The position numbers and the translations under genes are program-made. Shown here one piece after another: positions 28,589 to 38,444 of a stretch of DNA of 64,000 nt. This DNA is from Parcubacteria group bacterium GW2011_GWC1_36_108 (GTDB lineage Bacteria; Patescibacteriota; Minisyncoccia; Moranbacterales; GWC2-37-73). Location of the stretch: positions 103,340 through 167,339 of the forward strand of contig LBRD01000006.1 of assembly GCA_000991245.1 (NCBI GenBank), read 5' to 3'. The notes under the pieces are model-generated. The model saw nothing but the letters and a program-made list of their open reading frames with translations, did not search any database and was not told the origin of the DNA. How positions within the stretch are numbered: position 1 is the stretch's first letter; each line of letters starts with the position of its first letter.

Positions 28589-29668
28589 ATGAAACACTTA
28601 AACGCTTTGAATACAATTTACGGACTTGGGAATCAAAAAATGAAATTGTTGATGAGTTTTTTTGAAAACGCAGAGCAAGTTTGGCAAGCGTCTCGCGAGG
28701 AACTTTTGAAATCTGGTATCGGAGAAAAAATTGCACAAAAAATTGTCGAGCAAAGACCTCTTATTGATATTGAAAAAGAATGGGAAAAATTGGAAAAGGA
28801 AAACATTCTCGCCATTGGACTTGATGACCCTCACTACCCCGCCCTGCTCAAGCAAATTCCAGACAATCCTTATCTTATATATATGAAGGGAGATTTGACC
28901 TGCCTTGACTTTCCGTTGGTTGCTATTGTTGGGTCGCGAAAATTGACAGAATATGGCAACGATGTTGCCCGTGGATTTGCCAGAGACTTGGCCGACAGTG
29001 GCATTTGTGTTGTTAGTGGTCTTGCCTTTGGAATCGATGCTATGGCCCACTCTGGAGCGCTTGAGGTCAAAGGAAGAACGATTGCCGTGCTCGGAAACAG
29101 CTTGGACGCCGAAAGCATCTCGCCGCGCACCAACTTTCAACTTTCCGAAGACATTATTAAAGGTGGCGGACTTTTGATTAGCGAATTTCCAGTTAAAACA
29201 TCTGCTACTGTTGGAACATTCCCTATGCGTAATCGCATTATGGCTGGAATGAGTCTTGGCACATTGGTTGTTGAAGCCGCAGAAAAAAGCGGTAGTCTTA
29301 TTACTGCCAACTTGGCCTTGGATTATAATCGCGATGTTTTTGCCGTGCCGGGATCAATCTTTTCGCCCCAGTCAACAGGAACACATCTACTCATTAAAGC
29401 TGGAGCTAAACTTGCAACTTGTGTGGGCGACATTTTAACCGAACTGCGAATCGAAAGCGGCAAAAAAATACCTCTTGAAGCAAAAGTTTTTGACCTGACA
29501 GATGATGAAAAAATAGTGCACACAGTTCTTTCCCACGAAAGCCTCCACATTGACAGAATATCAAAACTGACTAAACTTGAGACATCGACCATTTCCTCAA
29601 TACTCGCAATGATGGAAATAAAAGGCGCAATCAAGAACGTCGGAGGACAGAATTATATAAAGTTATAA
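28589..29668 (+). CDS. dprA: DNA processing protein DprA
   Basis: AIVGSR, VSGLAFGID..AH, FPMRNRI, VVEAAEKSGSLITA. Confidence 0.97.
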   Translation: MKHLNALNTIYGLGNQKMKLLMSFFENAEQVWQASREELLKSGIGEKIAQKIVEQRPLIDIEKEWEKLEKENILAIGLDDPHYPALLKQIPDNPYLIYMKGDLTCLDFPLVAIVGSRKLTEYGNDVARGFARDLADSGICVVSGLAFGIDAMAHSGALEVKGRTIAVLGNSLDAESISPRTNFQLSEDIIKGGGLLISEFPVKTSATVGTFPMRNRIMAGMSLGTLVVEAAEKSGSLITANLALDYNRDVFAVPGSIFSPQSTGTHLLIKAGAKLATCVGDILTELRIESGKKIPLEAKVFDLTDDEKIVHTVLSHESLHIDRISKLTKLETSTISSILAMMEIKGAIKNVGGQNYIKL

Positions 29669-29828
29669 AGTTATAAAGTTCATAAAGTTTATAAAGTTAT
29701 AAAGCAAGAATCGAAAATATTTCATCATTATAATCATAAAGTTCGTAAAGTTCATCAAGTTTATAAAGTAAAAATGCATTCTACTTTATAAACTTTAAAA
29801 ACCTTATAAACTTTAAAAACTTATTAAA

Positions 29829-32132
29829 ATGAAGCTAATAATCGTTGAGTCTCCTACTAAAGCAAAGACTATAACAAAATTTTTGGGTAAAGGTTTCACA
29901 GTGAAATCTTCTTTTGGTCATGTGCGTGATTTGCCAAAAAGTGGGATGGGGGTGGATATTGAAAAAGATTTCACACCAAGCTATGAAATTCCAGACAAAG
30001 CGCGCATCAAGGTGGCTGAACTTTTGAAACTCTCCAAGAAAGCTGATGAAGTTATTCTAGCTTCCGATGAAGACCGCGAAGGAGAAGCGATTGCTTGGCA
30101 CTTGGTTGAAGCGTTAGGATTAGATAAGAAAAACAAAAAACCATATTCTCGTATTGTTTTTCATGAAATTACAAAAAATGCAATTTTGAAAGCATTAGAA
30201 ACTCCGAGAGAGATAGATATAAATTTGGTTGACGCTCAGCAGGCACGGCGCGTGCTTGATCGATTGGTTGGATATGAACTTTCTCCATTTTTGTGGAAAA
30301 AAATTCGTCGCGGACTTTCCGCTGGACGCGTGCAATCAGTAGCGCTGCGCTTTATTGTTGAGCGCGAACGAGAAATTCAAGCTTTTGTTGCTGAAGAATT
30401 TTGGACAATTTCTGCCAAACTTCACCCTGTTAAATCCGGCGGGGTCGCCGGTGCGAAGCAATTTAACAGGGTGAAAAAAGAAAAAACTAACGATGAATTT
30501 GAAGCCAATTTACTGGAGCAAAATGGAGAAAAAATTGAACAAACCATCACGTTAAAACTTTTTACCGGAGATTATAAAACCAAAAAAAGTGTCATTGCCA
30601 ACAAGAAAACAGCCGAGCAGATTACCAGTGAACTCAAAGATGCGAAATATCAAGTTTTGTCAGTTGAGAAAAAAGAAACGATGCGAAGTCCTTCCGCCCC
30701 TTTTACTACTTCGACTTTGCAACAAGCTGCCATCAGCAGTTTTGGTTTTTCAGCCAAGCAAACAATGATGACGGCGCAAAAACTTTATGAAGAAGGTTAC
30801 ATCACATATATGCGAACTGACAGTATGAATCTGTCATTGGAATCTTTAATGAGCGCAAAAAAAATAATTGAAAAAGAATTTGGTAAAAATTATTCATTGG
30901 AAAGTCCTCGCTATTTCAAAACAAAATCAAAAAGCGCGCAAGAAGCTCACGAAGCTATCCGTCCAACTGATCCGGAAAAAACTCCTGATGAGCTGATGCC
31001 GCTTTTGGAAACCAATCAATACAAATTATACCGCCTCATTTGGAACCGAATGATTGCTTGCCAAATGCAAAACGCAAAATTAAATTCTGTTAAAGCTGAC
31101 ATCGAAGCTGCCGGAAAGAAAAATAAATTCTTGCTGCGAGCATCTGGCTCAACCGTTGTTTTTGATGGTTTTTTGAAAGTATACGAAAACAGAGCGGCGC
31201 AAGCTGAATCATTTTTGCCAGAACTAAAAAAGGGAGATCCGCTTTCTGCTTTGGAGGTTTTGCCATTGCAAAAATTTACCTCTGCCCCACCACGATATAA
31301 TGAAGCAACATTGGTTAAGGTTTTGGAAGAACACGGAATTGGCCGACCTTCAACTTATGCACCAACCATTTCAACTATTATTGACCGCAAATATGTTGAT
31401 AAAAATGAAGATAAGAGATTGTTTCCTCTGGAAATTGGTTTTCCAGTTAATGACCTTTTGGTTGAGCATTTTCCAGAAATTGTCGGCATCGATTTTACTG
31501 CAACTATTGAAAAAAGTTTTGATGAAATTGCCGAAGGAAACAAGCCTTGGGTTCCGGTAATTCGAGATTTTTATGGACCATTTCACAAATTGCTTGAAGA
31601 AAAAACTGACAGTGTCAAAAAAGAAGATTTGGTGGAAAAACTTGATCGACCCTGCCCTACTTGCGGAGCAGAATTAGTTATGAAATTTGGACGCTTTGGA
31701 AAATTTATCGCTTGCAGCAATTATCCAACTTGTAAATATACTGAAAAAACCGACAGTGAAAAAAAGGAGGATGAAGAAAATTCCGGGGTTATTTGTGACA
31801 AATGTGGAGCACCAATGGTTGTCAAACGCGGAAGATTCGGTCCATTTTTGGGTTGCTCAAAATATCCAGAATGCAAAAACATTATGAATATTGAGAAAAA
31901 AACCGGAGTTAAATGTCCCAAGTGTCAAAAGGGAGATATTATTGAACGCAAATCCAAAAAAGGCAAGATGTTTTATGGTTGCAACAAATATCCAGCTTGT
32001 GACTTCGTGATGTGGAACAAGCCTACGGGAGAAATGTGTCCATCTTGTGGACAACCACTTGCTTTTGCTGCCAAAGGAAAAACCAAATGCTCAAACAAGG
32101 AGTGTGGAAAAACATTTGACGCAAAAGAATAG
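29829..32132 (+). CDS. topA: DNA topoisomerase I
   Basis: IVESPTKA, DEDREGE, SAGRVQS, ITYMRTD, C-terminal zinc ribbons. Confidence 0.98.
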   Translation: MKLIIVESPTKAKTITKFLGKGFTVKSSFGHVRDLPKSGMGVDIEKDFTPSYEIPDKARIKVAELLKLSKKADEVILASDEDREGEAIAWHLVEALGLDKKNKKPYSRIVFHEITKNAILKALETPREIDINLVDAQQARRVLDRLVGYELSPFLWKKIRRGLSAGRVQSVALRFIVEREREIQAFVAEEFWTISAKLHPVKSGGVAGAKQFNRVKKEKTNDEFEANLLEQNGEKIEQTITLKLFTGDYKTKKSVIANKKTAEQITSELKDAKYQVLSVEKKETMRSPSAPFTTSTLQQAAISSFGFSAKQTMMTAQKLYEEGYITYMRTDSMNLSLESLMSAKKIIEKEFGKNYSLESPRYFKTKSKSAQEAHEAIRPTDPEKTPDELMPLLETNQYKLYRLIWNRMIACQMQNAKLNSVKADIEAAGKKNKFLLRASGSTVVFDGFLKVYENRAAQAESFLPELKKGDPLSALEVLPLQKFTSAPPRYNEATLVKVLEEHGIGRPSTYAPTISTIIDRKYVDKNEDKRLFPLEIGFPVNDLLVEHFPEIVGIDFTATIEKSFDEIAEGNKPWVPVIRDFYGPFHKLLEEKTDSVKKEDLVEKLDRPCPTCGAELVMKFGRFGKFIACSNYPTCKYTEKTDSEKKEDEENSGVICDKCGAPMVVKRGRFGPFLGCSKYPECKNIMNIEKKTGVKCPKCQKGDIIERKSKKGKMFYGCNKYPACDFVMWNKPTGEMCPSCGQPLAFAAKGKTKCSNKECGKTFDAKE
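30421..30475. repeat. Family A palindromic element in frame inside topA
   Basis: Perfect 15-bp TIR TTCACCCTGTTAAAT/ATTTAACAGGGTGAA; encodes HPVKSGGVAGAKQFNRV. Confidence 0.85.
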
Positions 32133-32198
32133 AGAATCGTCTATCTCAAAAATGGACTACGCGCAATGTATGGTTTTAAATGCTGAATGCAACGCTTA

Positions 32199-32317
32199 AT
32201 TTTTTGTTTGCCTATTTCCTTTTTGGCACGCTTTTGGATGAATGCTCAATATCCAAAAGCTCAAAGAGTCGCTGTCGCCAACAATTGGCCAAAAAGAAAA
32301 CAGACAAACAAAAAATT
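32199..32317 (+). repeat. Family B repeat (empty copy, alternative outer stem)
   Basis: Core as 20390; outer arms AATTTTTTGTTTG/CAAACAAAAAATT. Confidence 0.85.
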
Positions 32318-32443
32318 CAAAGCTTGTTTCTTAAGAACCTATACGATATCAAAAAAAAACAGAGTCTTCTCTGTTTTTTTTGCTTTTATAGCACATAATT
32401 GATATACTAAAAATATTAAAATTCTTGGAGTGTATTACACGTT

Positions 32444-33937
32444 ATGGAAAACTTAACTCTTGAAGATATTATTGGTGCGCTGCGAAATCCGCCTTCGGAT
32501 GCGCGAAAAAAGGTTATAGCCAAAGCCTATGATTTTGCTGTTAAAGCTCACGCCGGACAAAAGAGAAATTCTGGCGAGGAATATTCTCAACACCCAATTG
32601 CGGTGGCAAAAATTTTAGCAGAAATAGGAATGGGCGGCAAAACAATTGCCGCAGGTCTTTTGCATGATGTTCCGGAGGATACAACTATAACGCTTGAAGA
32701 AGTTGAAAAAAACTTTGGCAGTGAAATTGCTGCAATGGTTGATGGCGTCACCAAGCTTGGAAAAATAAAACTGAGAGGTTCTCACGAGGAATATTTCTTG
32801 GAAAATCTAAGGAAGATGATTTTGGCGATGGCAAGCGACATTCGCGTGGTAATTATCAAGTTGGCAGATCGCCTGCATAATATGCAGACATTAGAATTTA
32901 ATCCGCCGGAAAAACAACTTCGAATCGCACGCGAAACGATGGAGGTTTTTGCTCCAATTGCAAACAGGCTTGGAATGGGAGAAATGAAATCGCAGTTGCA
33001 AGACTTGTCCTTCAGATTTCTTGATGAAAAAAACTATTTTCTAGTCAAGGATTTGGAAGAGAAACATTACAAAGAAAAGGAAAAGAATGTCATTCAGGCT
33101 ATCAAAGAAATTGAGTTTGAAATGAAAAAAGAAGGAATAACCATCATTGAAACAAATGGTAGAGCGAAAAGCATTTACAGTCTTTTTCTGAAACTGCAAA
33201 AGCACGATATGGACATAACAAGAATTTATGATCTTGCCGCAGTTCGAATTATTGTTCAGGAAGTTGCTGATTGTTATGAAACACTTGGTATTGTTCACAA
33301 AAAATATCGCCCGATGATTGGAAGAATCAAAGATTACATTTCTCTTCCGAAACCAAATGGCTACCAATCAATCCACACAACGGTTTTCGGTCCAGATGGA
33401 AAAATCATTGAAGTTCAGATTCGAACTCAAAAAATGCATTCTGAAGCAGAATTTGGAATCGCAGCCCATTGGATTTATAGCGAAAAGAAAAAGAAGAACT
33501 GGAAAGACTTCCTTTTCAAAACAAAAAAAGGTGTGCCAGAAAAAGAAATTGAATGGGTCAAACAACTTCGCGAATGGCAAAATGAAATTGGTCGAGATGA
33601 TGAAGAATTTATGCAAAGCCTGCAAATAGATTTTTTCAAAAATCATATTTTTGCTTTTACTCCACAAGGAGATATTATCGAACTTCCAGAAGAAGCAACT
33701 CCGGTTGATTTTGCCTATGCAATTCACGGCGAAATTGGAAACCATGCAGTTGGCGCAAAAATTGACGGCAAAATGGTTCCGCTGGATCATTACATTAGAA
33801 ATGGAGAGGTTGTTGAGATTTTAACATCCAAAGATCGCAAAAATCCAAATCAAGATTGGCTCAAATTCGTCAAAACTTCCGCCGCCAAATCACATATCAG
33901 AAGAGAGTTGAAAAAAATAACCGCCGCCAATAGTTAA
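32444..33937 (+). CDS. RelA/SpoT-family (p)ppGpp synthetase/hydrolase (HD + synthetase + TGS, no ACT)
   Basis: LLHDVPED, KLADRLHNM, KPNGYQSIHT, EVQIRT, TPVDFAYAIH. Confidence 0.95.
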   Translation: MENLTLEDIIGALRNPPSDARKKVIAKAYDFAVKAHAGQKRNSGEEYSQHPIAVAKILAEIGMGGKTIAAGLLHDVPEDTTITLEEVEKNFGSEIAAMVDGVTKLGKIKLRGSHEEYFLENLRKMILAMASDIRVVIIKLADRLHNMQTLEFNPPEKQLRIARETMEVFAPIANRLGMGEMKSQLQDLSFRFLDEKNYFLVKDLEEKHYKEKEKNVIQAIKEIEFEMKKEGITIIETNGRAKSIYSLFLKLQKHDMDITRIYDLAAVRIIVQEVADCYETLGIVHKKYRPMIGRIKDYISLPKPNGYQSIHTTVFGPDGKIIEVQIRTQKMHSEAEFGIAAHWIYSEKKKKNWKDFLFKTKKGVPEKEIEWVKQLREWQNEIGRDDEEFMQSLQIDFFKNHIFAFTPQGDIIELPEEATPVDFAYAIHGEIGNHAVGAKIDGKMVPLDHYIRNGEVVEILTSKDRKNPNQDWLKFVKTSAAKSHIRRELKKITAANS

Positions 33938-33960
33938 TGAAATACAAAAATTTATTCAAT

Positions 33961-33992
33961 AAAAAAATAAACCCAGGAGGGTTTATTTTTTT
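33961..33992. terminator. Bidirectional terminator
   Basis: AAAAAAATAAACCC-AGGA-GGGTTTATTTTTTT between convergent rel and parB. Confidence 0.85.
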
Positions 33993-34009
33993 ATAAGAAT
34001 CATAAGTTA

Positions 34010-34930
34010 CTACTGGGAATGTGACATCTTTTCTAAAAGCGAATCCAAATCCTCTCGAGAATAATATTCAATCACAATCTTTCCGCCGTCTCCGGATTTA
34101 TTAACCCGAACCTTGGTGCCAAGCATTCCAACTAATTCTTCTTCCAATTTTTTAACTTCAGGATCAATGCTCTTACTACGGTTATACGATTTTACTGAAA
34201 CTTCTTTTGTTTTTTCTTCTGCTTGCCTAACAGTTAAATTGCTTTTTAAAATCAATTCATACAGTGCGCGCTGTTTTTCAGGATTATCAAGAGACAAAAT
34301 CGTTTTAGCATGACCTTCAGTTATTTTTCCATCAATCAAACCTTTTTGAACTTCGATAGGAAGATTTAACAGACGAATTTTGTTGGCCACCAAACTTCTG
34401 CTTTTGCCCATTTTTGCTGCCACTTCTTCTTGGTTCATTTGATACTCATCCGCAAGTTTTTGATATGCTCTCCCCTCTTCAATTGCGTTTAAATCATGTC
34501 TTTGAATGTTTTCAATGATTGCAAGTTCAAGTTTTTGCAGCTCGCTAGCTTCTCTAATAATCACAGGAACTTTTTTGAGTCCAACAATTTTTGAAGCTTG
34601 AAAGCGACGCTCTCCAGCAATAAGTTCATACAGATTACCTTTTTTGCTGACAATAAGAGGCTGAATGATTCCGTGCATCTTTATCGATTGTGCAAGATTT
34701 TCAAGTTTTTCGTCATCAAAAAGATTTCTTGGTTGATGAGGATTTGCCACAATAAGACTCACATCTACTTCCATCACAAAATTATCGCCACGAATTGATT
34801 CGTCGCCCGCGCTAACTGTTCTTTTGGAAAATTCTTCAGCATTTTGAAATGTTTGCGAAGATGCTTGGGCTGGTTGTTTGCTTGGAATCAAAGATGATAA
34901 TCCTCTACCAAGACCGAATTGTTGAGACAT
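34010..34930 (-). CDS. parB: ParB/Spo0J chromosome partitioning protein
   Basis: GLGRGL, NPHQPR, IAGERRFQA, ENIQR.DL, HTH. Confidence 0.96.
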   Translation of the reverse strand: MSQQFGLGRGLSSLIPSKQPAQASSQTFQNAEEFSKRTVSAGDESIRGDNFVMEVDVSLIVANPHQPRNLFDDEKLENLAQSIKMHGIIQPLIVSKKGNLYELIAGERRFQASKIVGLKKVPVIIREASELQKLELAIIENIQRHDLNAIEEGRAYQKLADEYQMNQEEVAAKMGKSRSLVANKIRLLNLPIEVQKGLIDGKITEGHAKTILSLDNPEKQRALYELILKSNLTVRQAEEKTKEVSVKSYNRSKSIDPEVKKLEEELVGMLGTKVRVNKSGDGGKIVIEYYSREDLDSLLEKMSHSQ

Positions 34931-35070
34931 AACAAAATTAATTTTAAATTTTAAGTTTTAAATTTAAAATGAATGATAAATGAACAAATCTTCAAATAAT
35001 CATTAAAACATTTCAATATTTAAAATTGATTTAAAATTTCAAATTTATAATTTAAAATTTATAAAATATT

Positions 35071-35856
35071 TCATATTTTATTGCGTTTTTCCTCATCATC
35101 CCTTGCGACCATTTCTTTAACGAGGTTTTTATATGATCTTGCTCCTTTAGAAAGCCCATCGAAACTAAGGATTGATTTTCCATAGCTAGGTGCTTCAGCC
35201 AATCTCACGGAGCGCGGAATCACACTTTCAAAAACATGCCCTGGGAAATGATTGCGCATTTCTTTAACAACCTGACGAGCCAATCTGTTTCTGCGGTCAT
35301 ACATTGTTAGCACCGCACCCATGATTTTTAAATTAGGTTGCAAATGTTTTTGTACAAGCTCAATTGTCTGCAGGAGCTGACTCAAGCCCTCCAAGGCGTA
35401 ATATTCGGTCTGCACTGGGATAAGCACTTCATCACTCGCCACAAGTCCATTTATCGTCAATAATCCCAAACTTGGCGGACTATCAATAATGATATAGTCA
35501 TAATCTGTGCGAATCTGTCGCAAAACATCATACAATTTAAATTCGCGATTATCAAAGTGCACCATTTCAACCCCCGCTCCTGCCAAATCTTGTGAACTTG
35601 GCAAAAGATCATGCCCCGCCTCTTCAGCTCTAATAATAACATTTCGCGGGTGTTCGCCTCCAACTAGCGTGCTATACAAGCCTTTCTCCAAATTACGAAT
35701 ATCAACTCCAAGACCAGAAGATGCATTTCCTTGTGGATCAAGATCAACCAAGAGCACCAACTTACCCATTGAAGCCAAGTAAGTTGCAATATTAATAGCG
35801 GTAGTGGTTTTGCCCACTCCGCCTTTTTGATTTATCAGTGAAATAATTTTAGCCAT
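35071..35856 (-). CDS. parA: ParA/Soj ATPase
   Basis: NQKGGVGKTTT, DLDPQGN, IDSPPSLG, RLAEAPS. Confidence 0.97.
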   Translation of the reverse strand: MAKIISLINQKGGVGKTTTAINIATYLASMGKLVLLVDLDPQGNASSGLGVDIRNLEKGLYSTLVGGEHPRNVIIRAEEAGHDLLPSSQDLAGAGVEMVHFDNREFKLYDVLRQIRTDYDYIIIDSPPSLGLLTINGLVASDEVLIPVQTEYYALEGLSQLLQTIELVQKHLQPNLKIMGAVLTMYDRRNRLARQVVKEMRNHFPGHVFESVIPRSVRLAEAPSYGKSILSFDGLSKGARSYKNLVKEMVARDDEEKRNKI

Positions 35857-36054
35857 CGGTCATGTAGCATATATCATATAACATGTAGCATTCCCTCACT
35901 CAGAGTCAACCGCCTTTTTGTTATATGTTATATGTTGTATGTTATATGAAAGATTTGCCTGTCTTCAGTTATTGTATCACATTGACAATTCAATTTCAAT
36001 CATTTATCATTAGAGAGTACTTTTGATGAAATTAGGCCTTGTTTTAGGCAAAAA

Positions 36055-36136
36055 GCCCAAATGGTGGAACTGGTATACACGCACGACTCAAAATCGTGTG
36101 GCGCAAGCCATGAGAGTTCGAATCTCTCTTTGGGCA
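36055..36136 (+). tRNA. tRNA-Leu(CAA)
   Basis: GCCCAAA/TTTGGGC acceptor stem, CACGA-CTCAAAA-TCGTG anticodon arm, variable arm TGGCGCAAGCCA, GTTCGAATC T loop; no encoded CCA. Confidence 0.95.
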
Positions 36137-36220
36137 CCCCGTAAAATTTGCTGCGCTCATCACGGGGCACAGGAAATATATTAAATCATCTTTAACAACA
36201 AAAAAACAAGGAGGTACACT

Positions 36221-36511
36221 ATGTGTTTACAACCAGTTCGTCATCCAAATTCTTCCGACTTGCCAAAAAAATTGATTACCAATTTTGAAGTTGATGAGCA
36301 ATACAGGGAAAGAGCTGAAAAAATAAATGCTATGCCGGAAGGAGAGTTGAAAAATTTTCGTATTAAGTGCCTTGAAGTTGAGACCGGAAGAAGGTTTCAT
36401 CATAAAAGATCAATGAAAGCTGGTTTCAATATGTACACAGCACTTCAATGCAGTATCGATGTTGAAAAAGGTGCTGCAATGACATTACCAGAATCGCTAA
36501 GAACGAATTAA
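36221..36511 (+). CDS. Hypothetical protein
   Basis: SD AAGGAGG, 96-aa ORF, followed by terminator. Confidence 0.7.
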   Translation: MCLQPVRHPNSSDLPKKLITNFEVDEQYRERAEKINAMPEGELKNFRIKCLEVETGRRFHHKRSMKAGFNMYTALQCSIDVEKGAAMTLPESLRTN

Positions 36512-36532
36512 ATCAAAAAAAATAGAAATTAT

Positions 36533-36562
36533 AAAAGCCCGCGCTAATGCACGGGCTTTTTT
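36533..36562. terminator. Bidirectional terminator
   Basis: AAAAGCCCG.GC-TAAT-GC.CGGGCTTTTTT. Confidence 0.8.
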
Positions 36563-36633
36563 AATTGTCCTTCAAAATTTTTAATTTTGTCCGGACAATA
36601 TATACCCGGAGGGTGCATGTTATAAAAGTGAAA

Positions 36634-37560
36634 CTATTTTTTCTTGGCGATACGCACCACACGCTGACGTGTTTTTGGCATTTGACGAACAATGTGCACG
36701 TGATGAGTAGTAGTCTTAGCTTTTTTGGCAACCCGAGCAGCGCGCAAATTGCGGAAAATTCTTTTAAGCATAACAATCAAAAGCACAAACAAAACTAGCA
36801 GCAATAATATTTTTGCTCCAAGCGCAACCCACAAACCGCGACTGCCTTGCAAGAAATTATTATCATTCGCAATGTTGCCAGCAATATTACTTTTTCCATA
36901 ATCAGCAAAGATAACTCTGATATATCCTTTGTTTTGCGAAACTTGCTGCGGTGCAGGATAAATCATAGGCTCAATTGATGATGTTGCTGAATCGGAAGAC
37001 ACGGAATCTTGATCAGCAACGACTTTTTCCTGAGCAGCCATTGGCATAATATATGCATTTCTTGGTGCAATTTGTTGAGTTGATTCTTTGATGATTTTGC
37101 TTCCAACAGTTTTAAGATTTGCAAATGTTGCATCAAATTTCTCCACCGGAATTTGAACCACAATTGAGCCATTTTTCAATTTGCTTCCAGAATATGAAAT
37201 TGCTGTTGAATAAACGACTCCTCCATTTTTTGTTGCCACTGCGGAAACAACCTTTTTTGCAGCCTCCAAATCACTTACCATAATCGCAAGTTCGCCACTT
37301 TTTGCAGCATCCTCGGGGATTATAAATTGATTTTCAATTCTTGGTGAAGGATAAACTACTCCGCCTCTATTCATCATTCCACTGCCATCATATTTAATTC
37401 CCAAATTTACATCACCTCTTCTTTCATGCATTTTCCAACCAGCAGCTGCAATTGAAAGAACTGCAATTGCCAAGAAAATAACACTGATTAAAATTACAAA
37501 TACTTTTTTGTGTTTTCCATCAAGCTTACAACACTTGATAAATGTTTCTTTTGTTTCCAT
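36634..37560 (-). CDS. DUF4349-like membrane protein
   Basis: N- and C-terminal TM; V.D......V...A...GG.V, GSIVVQIPVEKFD...L..VG pattern. Confidence 0.65.
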   Translation of the reverse strand: METKETFIKCCKLDGKHKKVFVILISVIFLAIAVLSIAAAGWKMHERRGDVNLGIKYDGSGMMNRGGVVYPSPRIENQFIIPEDAAKSGELAIMVSDLEAAKKVVSAVATKNGGVVYSTAISYSGSKLKNGSIVVQIPVEKFDATFANLKTVGSKIIKESTQQIAPRNAYIMPMAAQEKVVADQDSVSSDSATSSIEPMIYPAPQQVSQNKGYIRVIFADYGKSNIAGNIANDNNFLQGSRGLWVALGAKILLLLVLFVLLIVMLKRIFRNLRAARVAKKAKTTTHHVHIVRQMPKTRQRVVRIAKKK

Positions 37561-37570
37561 TTTTACTTGT

Positions 37571-37606
37571 CCCGTTAAATTTTGCGTAGCAAATTATTTA
37601 ACTGGG
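37571..37606. repeat. Short family A element just upstream of the DUF4349-like start
   Basis: CCCGTTAAAT-TTTGCGTAGCAAATT-ATTTAACTGGG. Confidence 0.6.
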
Positions 37607-37714
37607 ATTTTTTTAATTATCAATAACGAAATTATACCACACTTTTTTTGGAAAAGAAAAAAGGCGTCATCGATAAGCTATCGATTTCGCCTTTTATTAT
37701 ATCTCATCTTTATA

Positions 37715-38329
37715 TTATGTATCTTCCAGATGTTTTCTCTTACTTCTCCTTTCATGGTAAATTTTTACCAATTCTTTATTATGATCAACAACGGCTTTAT
37801 TAAATTCTTTCTGTTTCTCATTAACCATAGGTAAGCTATCCGCAATGCTTTGACAATCAACAACCATTCCACTTCGCACAAACCTTTCATCTGCAATAAT
37901 AACATTTTCAATGATCGCGCCACTACCAATATAGCAATTTCTTCCAACCTCTGAACTATGCACTATCGCATGAAATCCCACAAATGTTTTTTTGCCAATT
38001 TTAGTTGGTCCATGCACAGTTGCTCTATGCGCAACAGTACAGTGTGAACCTATAAGAATAGAATATCCAATACCCTTTTCATCTTCGACAAACCTCCCAT
38101 GAAGTCCATGTAAAATTACAGAATCTTGAATACTTGTTCCCTTGCAGATTTTAAAAGGGGATCCTTCATCAGCTCTGATAGATACATGCGGACAAACAAT
38201 CACATCGTGCTCAAGAATGACTTTTCCTGTTATGCGTGCTGTACGACTAACATAACATTTTTCATCATCATACTCTGGATTTCCAAAAAATTCGTCGTCG
38301 TAAAAAACAACACCTTTTTTTCGATTCAT
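37715..38329 (-). CDS. Gamma-class carbonic anhydrase (Cam/CcmM-N type)
   Basis: Hexapeptide repeats; SIRADEG, IQD, VILHG, AHRATVHGP (three His ligands), C-terminal VVDHN helix. Confidence 0.88.
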   Translation of the reverse strand: MNRKKGVVFYDDEFFGNPEYDDEKCYVSRTARITGKVILEHDVIVCPHVSIRADEGSPFKICKGTSIQDSVILHGLHGRFVEDEKGIGYSILIGSHCTVAHRATVHGPTKIGKKTFVGFHAIVHSSEVGRNCYIGSGAIIENVIIADERFVRSGMVVDCQSIADSLPMVNEKQKEFNKAVVDHNKELVKIYHERRSKRKHLEDT

Positions 38330-38444
38330 TTACCCCTCCTAGTTTTGTGATTAAATTCTATATTTTTAAAAAACATCATTGCCTATATTTTTACACACAA
38401 CTACAAACTTTACTCTGGAATTCCATCTATGTCAATACCTATTT

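Noticed and set aside
29655-29822. CRISPR array in the short-period repeat regions
   Set aside because: Units are 7-9 bp and degenerate, with no unique spacers and no cas genes
32444-33937. Truncated rel pseudogene
   Set aside because: Ends cleanly after the TGS region at a shared terminator with catalytic motifs intact; treated as a naturally short form
36137-36562. Prophage or integrative element at tRNA-Leu
   Set aside because: No integrase and no duplicated tRNA 3' end found in the window
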